Made by a program: the position numbers and the translations under genes. Shown here piece after piece: positions 8,401 to 17,400 of a stretch of DNA of 32,000 bases (its first letter is position 1; each line of letters starts with the position of its first letter). Origin of the DNA: Pyrobaculum calidifontis JCM 11548 (GTDB lineage: Archaea; Thermoproteota; Thermoprotei; Thermoproteales; Thermoproteaceae); contig NC_009073.1 of NCBI RefSeq assembly GCF_000015805.1, positions 720,001 through 752,000 of the forward strand, written 5' to 3'. Under the pieces are notes generated by a model. The model did not search any database. It was not told where the DNA came from and saw only the letters and a list, made by a program, of their open reading frames with translations.

Positions 8401-11400
8401 TGGCGTTGGCCGCCGGCGAGGGGCTTGAGGTGGGGAGGTGGCTCAGGGCAGTGGAGGGAGTAAAGCCCCTCTACGAGAGGGCGGTGGAGGAGGCCTCTAG
8501 GCTGAAGACCACGGCAGAGCTTGCAAAACGCCTCTCCGAGTCAGTCGAGAGGTGGCGCTACCTCGACGCTGGGGAGCTTAGGGCGGCCGCTCAGATGGCG
8601 AGGGAGGGAGGCTTCACCAAGACGGCTGAGTTCCTCGAAAAAGCCGCAGACTTCAAGGCCGTCGTTGAGACAGCCCGAGAGGTCTTCGAGCGGCACGAGA
8701 AGGTGTTGAAGAGACTTAGGGCACTTGAACAATCGGCGAGGCACGAGCTCTCAAAGGCCGTTACCATCGCCGAAGGCCTACGCGCGTTGTTGGAGGGAGA
8801 CTTCTACGACAGACTTTCGGAGGCCAGGAGGGCGGCTAGGGCCCTAGGCCTATCCGAAGTTGATGAGGCCCTCGCGAGGCTTGGCCGCGTGAAGCTGTCC
8901 ATCGAGCGGGTGGGCGACGAGTACGCCTACGATGTGGGCGGCGCCGTTAGGCGGGTGATGGCGGACTTCGGCGTGGACCGCCTGTTGCTGAGGGCGCCTT
9001 TGAGCGCATACGTAGTGGCGACAATAGAGGCGTCTATTGCGAGAGAGGCGGCGTCGGTGTTTAGGCAGGCCTTCGCCCGCTATGAGCGCGAGGTTGCTAC
9101 AACCGCCGTATATCTGCCAGTGAGGGAGGCGCAGAAGCTTGGCCCTGTTGTTAGCCCCATTACGGCGGCCTTCGACTTTAGGAGCTATGTGGACGAGCTG
9201 GTGAAGGCCGGCGACCTCAGGCGCTACTACTCCTCGGGAGGAAGAGCGTGGAGAGAGCTGGCCCACCTCGTGGCAAAGGCAAGCGGAGCCGTCCTCGACT
9301 TGAGAGCCGCCAGAAAGGCCCTTGAGAAAGGCGATGATGCGTCAATCGCCTTGGCAATTGCCCTGGCATATCGGGCGGCCAAGACTTACATGAGGCTTGA
9401 GGGGGACATAAGGCCCTTGGCGGACGTGGTGGCCGAGGTGAGGTACCGCCTTGGCCTGTACGACCGCACGTGGGCCGAGTTCATCGAGAAGGTGGAGGGC
9501 GAGAAGGCCAAGGCCAAGATTCTTGAGGCGTTGAGGCCTAGAACCGTGGAGGAGGCGGTAGAGCAGTTGAAGGCGGCTTGGGCCAAGTCGAATTACCACG
9601 CCCTGGAGGAGAGGCTTGGGCTGACGAGGACTTACGCGATACCGGACGCCGATAGGGCCCTTGAGTACACGGCCAAGGCCCTCACGGCGTACCGCCTAGC
9701 CGCCATGGGCTTCGAAGAGGCTTTGTCTGTGGCTAGGGCGCAGTCCTTTATCAGAACTGCTGAACGCTACCTCAGGGGCAGGCCGCTTGAAACGCCCGCG
9801 AGGGAGCAGCCGCTCTACGTGGCTAGGGCTCTGGCGAGGCCGCTTCCAGAGGTGAAGCCCTCTGCCATAGACGAAGTGGCGAGGGAGGCCGTTATTAGGC
9901 TTTTGAGAGAAGTTGAAGCTGGCGGCGCAAAGGCCAAGGCCCTCTGGCGGCAGGTGGAGGAGCTTGTGAAGGTGTCTCCCGACGCCTTTGCAGAGGTCGT
10001 GGCCTACGCCTCTTCGGCGAGGGGCCTTGCGGCGCATTGGGCCCGCCAGCTTGTTGCAAAGATGAGGAGGGAGTGGGACACGTACCGCACTCTCTGGGAG
10101 GCGCCAGTCGCCATTAGGCTTGAGCGGCTGAGGGATATCCCGGCGGCAAAGGTGGAGGCTCCCGTGCCGAGGGAGCTTGTGGCGCTGGCGTTGTGGGCTG
10201 AGCTGGCGGCCAAGGCGAGGCCCACTGCGGCCAAGGACATTGAGGCAATTAAGCGCGTCGTTGGGGAGGTGTCTCCCGCCGCGCTTGAGGAGGCGAGGCT
10301 TAGGGCCGAGCGGGTTAGGGCCGTGTTAGACGACATAGAGAAGCTGAAGGCGGTCGACGTGGAGAGGCCGGTCTACATCGCCTTCTCCTCCCTAGAGAGG
10401 GAGGTGCCGGGGGAGGACGTCAAGGCGTTGACCATCGACGAAAGAGCTGAACTGCTGAAGGCCCAGCGCTACCTGAAGCACTCAGACCCGCGCGTCGCGA
10501 GGGAGGGCGAGCTACTGGCCAAATTCGCCGCCGGCGAATTAACGAGGTCGCAACTAGCCGATGAACTGCGCAAGCTCGGCGGCCCCTACACGCAGGAGGG
10601 GTGTGGGGCAATCGAGATGCCGAATCGGCTGAAGGACATACACGCCGTTTTAACCGCCAAGCTGGCTAACGAGGTCGCAATTCTGAGAGACGTGGAGGAG
10701 CTCAGGCACGTTGCCGTCGGCACGGCCTTCCACACCGCCGTGAGGGCCGGCCTTGGCGATGAGGATGCGTGGAGAGAGCTGAGGGCGCTTGCGGCGTTAG
10801 ACAAGGCCGCTGAGAGGGCCGTCAGATACGCCGAATTGTTGCGCATTTTGAGGGCCCTCTCGGAGGGCCTTGAGCGGGTGGTTTACGAGACAGAGTTGGC
10901 AAAGCGGTGGCCGGAGTATAGGCACGTCCTCCTCGAGCGGGAATACGTCCTCAAGAGGGCTGAGGAGTTGCGCAGAGAAGGCCCGGAGAGGGCCATTGTG
11001 GCCGGTCTCCTTGAGCAGTTTGCTGAGGGTAGGATCACGAGGAGCGAATTGATCGAGGCCGCTAGGCAGAAGGGAGTTGACTTACACGAATTTTCTAGAA
11101 ATGGTGTTGAAAGAGTGCGTGGCGACGTCATTAGGGCTGTCCGCGAGGCCGCGGCCGAGTTTAAGCAGTTTGCGGGCGCTCCCCGCTCTCTCCGCGACCT
11201 GCTTGAGGGCAAGCTGCCCCGCGGCCTATACGCAAAGATGGCGGAGGAGATAGGGGTGGCAGACGTCGTCTACGCCGAGTTGGGGGTGCCGGCGAGGTAT
11301 GCCAAGTACGGCTTGTTAGAAGGCATCGAGAGGTACGTCAAAGAGCTGAAGAAGCTGGTGTTACAACTGCCCGGCGACGCCTCTAGGGCCCTCGTCGCAA

Positions 11401-14400
11401 TTGAGGCGTTGAGAGGAGAGCTGTCGGCCATCACCCCGGCCGACCTAGTGGCCGACGTGGTGAACAAGAGGGGCGAGGTAATCGCCCGCCTCAAGAAGGC
11501 GCTGGAGGAGGCGAGGGCAGAGGTTGTGAGGGCAGTCTTCGACTCGATTAGGACTGCTGGTGTCAGACGCATTCCGCGTGAGCTGTTGGAGCTGGCGGCC
11601 TCTACCCACTTTACGCCGGAGGAGTTGAGGATGTTGTTGACAGAGCTAGACGCTGTTAGGGCTGTGGAGGAGAGGGCCGTCGGGTGGCCCTCCTTCGCCG
11701 AATACACGCCGTACATCTTCGCCACGACGGACGAGGCAGTGGCGAGGGCTTGGCGCAAGGGCGGTGGGCTGGTGTACGAGGCATATGAGCTCACAGAGGC
11801 CGGCCCGCGCCGCGTCTACGTCCTAGCGCCCAAGAATGCGCCAATAGACGAAATTAGGGAGGCGTTTCTGTCGCTTAGAGGGGTTGAGATTGTGGGCGAG
11901 CCCCGCTGGATTTCCTGGGACGCCGTTGAAGCCCTTGGCTATGTCGTCGAGCGCACAGAGAAGGGCGTCGTCGTTAGGCCACGCGCCGAATATCAACTAA
12001 GTTTGGAGAAGCCTCTCCCGAGGGCTAGGGAGGCTTGGGAGGTGGTGAAGCGGTTTAGGCCGGACGTGGTGAGAGAGGCACTTGGCCACGGCTGGGAGCT
12101 GGTGCACTGGGAGGATGGCGTAGAGGCCGTCAACGCATATTTGTTCTTGCGCAAGCTTAGGGGCTGGGAGAAGTTCGAGGGCGGGGACGTGGAGCGGATG
12201 TTCGACGAGCTTCGGCGTTGGTATACGCCGGGGCTTGAGCGCCATGCCGCCGTCATTTCGCGTAGGATGTATGGCTTTGACGCCGTTGACTGGCTGAAGG
12301 GGGCCTACGCGGTGTGGGCGAGGAGCCGCGGCGAATTTGTCGCCAAGTACGTGCACAGAGACCCGGAGGCCCTCGCCCGCGTCGTCTGGTGGGCGAAGAA
12401 GTGGGCGTGGGGTAGGCTGTACGACCTGCTTGAGCTAGAGTTCAGAGACCCCACTGTCCTTAGGGCGGTGAACATCGCCGTCAAGCGCGGCTTTCTGTCG
12501 TGGGGAGAGGCGCTCGACCTCTTCCACGAGTGGGTTAGGAGGAACAACATAGCGAAGTGGGATGAGGAGGCGCTGAGGATTGCCCTCCGCGGAAACATAA
12601 CGTCGGAGGACTACGAGAGGGCCGTTCGGGCCTTCATCACCTCGGTGAAGACGGCGCAACAGCTGGAGGCCGAGCGGGAGGCGCTGGAGCGGTGGAAATT
12701 GCTACAGGAGAGGATGAGAGAAGAGGCGGAGAAGGCGAGGGCAAGGCGAGCCACCAGACTCAGGCCGGAGGCGGCTCCTAAAGAAGAAGCTAGGCCAAGG
12801 GAGGAAGTTGAGCAGAGAGAGGCCGCAGTGAAGCCGGGTGAAGAGGCGAAGGAGGCGGCTCCGAGGGAGGAGGCCAAGCCGGCGGTTGAGAAAGCTGAGG
12901 AGAAGGAGAAGCCCTCCGCCGTGGAGAAGCCGCCTACGGCCGAGGCGGCCCGCGGAGTGGAGGAGAGGAGGGCTGTCGAGGAGAAGAAGGAAGCTGAAGA
13001 GAGGAGAGAGGAGGAGTTTGTCCGCGTTGGGAAAGTCATGGTGAAGAAGGGCTATGAAGACGACGCCGTGGTGAAGGCCTTCGCCGCTGAGGACCCGCAG
13101 AACTGGTTTACAAAGCTGACGCCGGAGACCTACTTCAGGCTGAGAGAGACACTGGCGCCGGCCTACCTGCACTACCTGGAGAGGGCTAGGGAGTGGGCCG
13201 CCTCACGGGAGAGGGCCCTCTCAATACTCGCAAGCAGGCACGGCCGCATTGACATACCGAAGAGAGTCAAGGATAGGGCTGTGGAGAAGGCGAGGGCAGA
13301 GCTTGAGAAACACGCCGCCAGGCTTGTCTACCGCTACGGCGAGGAGAAGGCCCAGGCGGCCCTCGTGAAAATCGGCATCCTCCTTGAGGAGTGGGTGAGA
13401 GAGGGCGAGTTGCCAAACGCCCATGCGGAGATTTTGAGGGCTATGTGGGCTTGGGAGGGGGAGGAGAAGACGGCCAATGTGACAAGAGAGTGGGGCTTTT
13501 GGCTCTTCCGCGAGCACTTCGCAGAGCTGAAGAAAACGGCGGAGGCCCTCGGCGTTGATGTAATGCACCTCTGGAACGCCTACCGTGCCGCGCTTGAGCG
13601 GTACTTGGCCGCTGTGTTTGCCTACGGCGGCCTTGTGGAAAAGGCAGTCACGACGGTGGACAAGGCCCTCTACACGACGCTGGTCGCCGCCGGCGGCGTC
13701 GCATTGGCTGAGGCGTTGCAAGGCGTCGTTAGGCCTGAGATCGTCTACACGGTGTCGTCTGCCGCCTCCCTCGCCTTAGCGGGTAGGTACAGGGAGGCCG
13801 TTGACGTCATCAAGACAGCGGTGCACAACGTCGAGCTGGCGGTGAGGCGCGTCGCGGGCGAGGTTAGAGTCGCCGTTGAGCGCCTCTATGAGGCCATAGT
13901 CGAAGCCGTCGCCAGATTGCTACAGTGGCTTGGCGAGCACTGGCGCGTACTGGCGTTTGTCACAGCCGCGGTGGCGGCCGGCTTGTTGACGTGGATGGCG
14001 GCTCAGCAGATACTGGCCGACGTCGACATGGCGCAGTTTGCCAAACTGGCCGCCGGCGGATTCTTCGGCTTGGCCGGCGTTAAAAAGGTCGACGTTGACA
14101 AAGCCTTAGACGACGTGTTGAGCGGGCTTAGGGCAATGGAGGGCCTTGAGAGGGGCGGGCTCGCCGGCCACGTCTCTAGGGGCTACGCGTCGGCCGACTT
14201 TGCCCGCCTTGTTGAAGAGGCTGTTAAGGCCAGGCTGAGGGCTGAGGCGGAGGCGGCCGAGGCCGGGCGCTTGATAAGGGCCAAGCTTGCGGGCGGGGCG
14301 GCGCCGCGGGGCGACTTCGATCGCTTTGCCTTAAACGCCGCGGCGGTTGCAGACACGGCGCTTGGCCTCGTTTACGAGGCCCTGAGGCAGAAGTGGAGGG

Positions 14401-17400
14401 CCGTGGCTAGACCCGGCATTGTGGAGAACTACGCCCATGTGGACAAGAAGTTTGCCGAAGTGTTCAACGTGCGCGAGAGGGACGTGGTGCACTTCCTGCG
14501 CTATGATGTAGGAGATATAGCATATGGAGACGCCAAGACAGAGGGAGCTGTCGTGTTGGTTTTCCTGGGTGGTGAAAAGATCATAAGGGTGGAGGTGTTG
14601 GCCAAGTCCGTCGCCGGCCTCCCAATACGCTTTAAGGAAGTGGAGTGGGGTGGAGGGAGGTGGGTTTGGTTGGCCACTGCTATGATTAACAAGCCCAAGA
14701 ACTATGTGGCGCGCATCGAGCTCAGATTTACTGAGAAGCCGGAGGTCGAGGTGAGGGGCGGCGCCGCAGGCGTTGAGGGGCTTAGGGGCCTACTGGCGAC
14801 GGACGCCTATGGGAAAGAGATAGGAACCCCAGACCCGCTTCTCGTCAAGCTTTTCATCGACCACTTCGAGAAAGCGAAAGTCGAGGTGGCTGGGGTGACG
14901 CTAACTAAGGCCGGCTTCTCGCTTCAGTTCAGAGCTGTCACACTGGACGAAAAGCCGTTTGAAGAGCTATTCGGCGACATAGCCAAGAAGTATGGGAAGG
15001 ACTTGTGGGAAATCATGAAGAAGACCAGAGAAATGTGGCGGGAGGCTGTGCGCAAGTTGTACAAAGACATCATGCGCGTGGCCAATGAGGCGGCCGAGGT
15101 GGGCAAGGTGAAGGGCGTTGAGGCGGGGAGGGAGGCCCTCGTCGAGGGTCTAAAGCGCTTGTTTGAGGAGAGGGAGCGGGAGGCGCTAAGCGCCGGCCGC
15201 CTCGACGATGCCCTCGCGATTGCAGTGGCGGGCCGCCTTCTGTTGGGCATTGTGAACAGCCCAAGGGAATGGTTCTCGCTGTTGGCCGGCGATGGCGTAG
15301 TGGACATTGGCGGCAAAACGCTGGGCTTCTCAGCCAAATACGCCGAGGTTGCCGAGGTCGTTCTCCGCCTGTTGGCCGCGTGGGCTGGCGCATATGGAGC
15401 GGGAATAAGGGCGAAGGAGCGTATGGCCGTGTATTCCAGCGCCGACGACATAGTCAAAGTCCTTGGGGCCATCTTCAAGGGCGAGGTGTTGAAATACGCG
15501 GAGTCCTCGGCAAGGTCGTGGAGTGGGCTTGCCGGCTCACATACACCTAAGGTCATCTCGCTTCTGGCCCTCGCCCAGCTCCTCGGCGTAGTCGAGGGGA
15601 AGTGGGCCGTGGAGCTGTGGCTCGCCCACAAGGCCGCAACGACGCTTGCGGAGCCGGAGGTGGCCCAAGCGCTCGACAAGTTCTTTGCCAGAGTTGAGGG
15701 CGTCGGCGAAGTGAAGTGGGAAGAGAGGGGCGTCAACCTCTACTTCAAGGTGAGGGGTTTAGAGGATGTCGAGCGCACAGCTACGCTGAAGTTGTACACA
15801 GACTTCCATAACTTCCACCTCTCCTGCGACTCGTGTAACGAGGTCTCGGTGAGGAGGGTTCTTGAGACTGTGGCCGAGTGGCTGAGGCCTGCGGTGGAGC
15901 TGTTGGAGGAGCGGCTGAGGCTGGCCGCCGAAAAGCAAAAGTGGCCGAGGTGGCATTGGAACTCTCTCGACCTCCCGGCAGAGGTGGGCTGGCCCATGTT
16001 TTTAAAACTGTGGAGGGTGTATAATATGTCTCTCCGCGTGGAGGAGGGCGGGCGGGAGCTACTCCGCGTGGAGGTTCTGGAGGCTAGGGCGGATGGGACG
16101 GCGAAGTTCCGCCTTTGGTTCTACAAGTGGCGCGAGACTAGGCCAGACCAGCCGTACGTGGACGTCGAAATAGAGCCATATCAGCGCAAAGGCGACAGTA
16201 TCGCCTTTAGAGGTAGCGTCTATGCCAACAAGGCTAAGGGTATTCTCAGAGACCACTTGGCCGAGATTGCCGATCTGCTGAAGCGCGAGGGGGTGGAGGG
16301 CGTGTCGCTGGTGCGTGACGGCAAAGTGCTTGAATTCTCAAGCGCTTTCCGCGACTCCGTCCTCGGAAGGCTTAGCATTAGGCCGGAGCTCCCGCCGGGC
16401 GAGCCGCCAGCTGTGCAGTACTTGGGCGGCCTTAGGTTTAGAGTGGGCGATAAAGAGGTGGAGTTCGGCGAGAGGGTCTTTGGCAAGACGAGAGAGTTCT
16501 ACGCAGAGCCGATGTTTCTGTCTAGAGAGGAGGCCGAACGCTTCGCATCGTCGCTTAAGGCCGTGGGAGTAGACGCAAGGATAGTCGGCAACGTGGTTAG
16601 GCTAGACAGCGACTCCTTCTTCGGTCTGCTCGCCGTTACAAATGCCACGCCGCCAGGCCTTACGCCGCTGTACCGCTCCAATGATCTACAGGTATACGCC
16701 AGCGCCGAGGGCGGCCGTATGCGCTTCTACTTCGCCGTAAAGCACGAGGGAGTGTGGAGGGCCGTCGAGGGGCTGTACGAGGAGAGAGCTCTCGAGCTCT
16801 GGCGCAAAGAGCGCGAAGTCCTTGAAGCCGTCAGAGACGCTGTGGCGAGAGCGCTTAAGGAGCTGGGCCACCCGGCGGAGGTGGGAGAGCCGAAGGAGAG
16901 AGTGGACGAAAAAGGTAGCGCTGTAGGCCACCGCCTCCTCCTATACGGCCCCCACCTCAAGCCGTTTCTGGAGCACGCCGTTAGGCACGTAGAGGCAAAG
17001 CCTGTCGAGGTGCGGCTGGAGGGGAGACACATCGTTATCAGTGCAGGCAATGTTAAGGCAGAGGTTGAGTTCAAACTGTTGAAGCACAGGGAGGCCGAAT
17101 TCCTCGTGGCTCAAGACGTGGTACAGACTCTCGCCCTTTACAAGTCGCTCAAGGAGATGGGCGTGCCCGTGGAGATTACGCCAGAGGGCGTCAAGATTGA
17201 CAGCGAGACGCTGTGGGCCCTCGTGGCAATAGCAGTTGAGAGGGATACGCCCAGCGCGTTGCCCGCCGAGGTTATGCCTGGCGTAAAGCTCTTGAAAGTA
17301 TATAATGTCGGCAACATGCATATGTACATATTCTGCGCCGAAGGCGACCACTACTACTTCGTCGTAAAGACTGGGCAGGAGTGGAGAGCGGCAGGCGGAA

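Noticed and set aside
16467-16490. Walker A-like match GERVFGKT (G-x4-G-K-T) in the C-terminal part of the giant protein, which could have supplied the missing ATPase
   Set aside because: It is not preceded by a hydrophobic beta-strand. It lies in a beta-rich repeat context (RFRVGDKEVEFGERVFGKTREFYAEP). I found no Walker B (hhhhDE) or other P-loop NTPase motif at a suitable distance. It is most likely a chance match and needs a profile search to exclude it fully.
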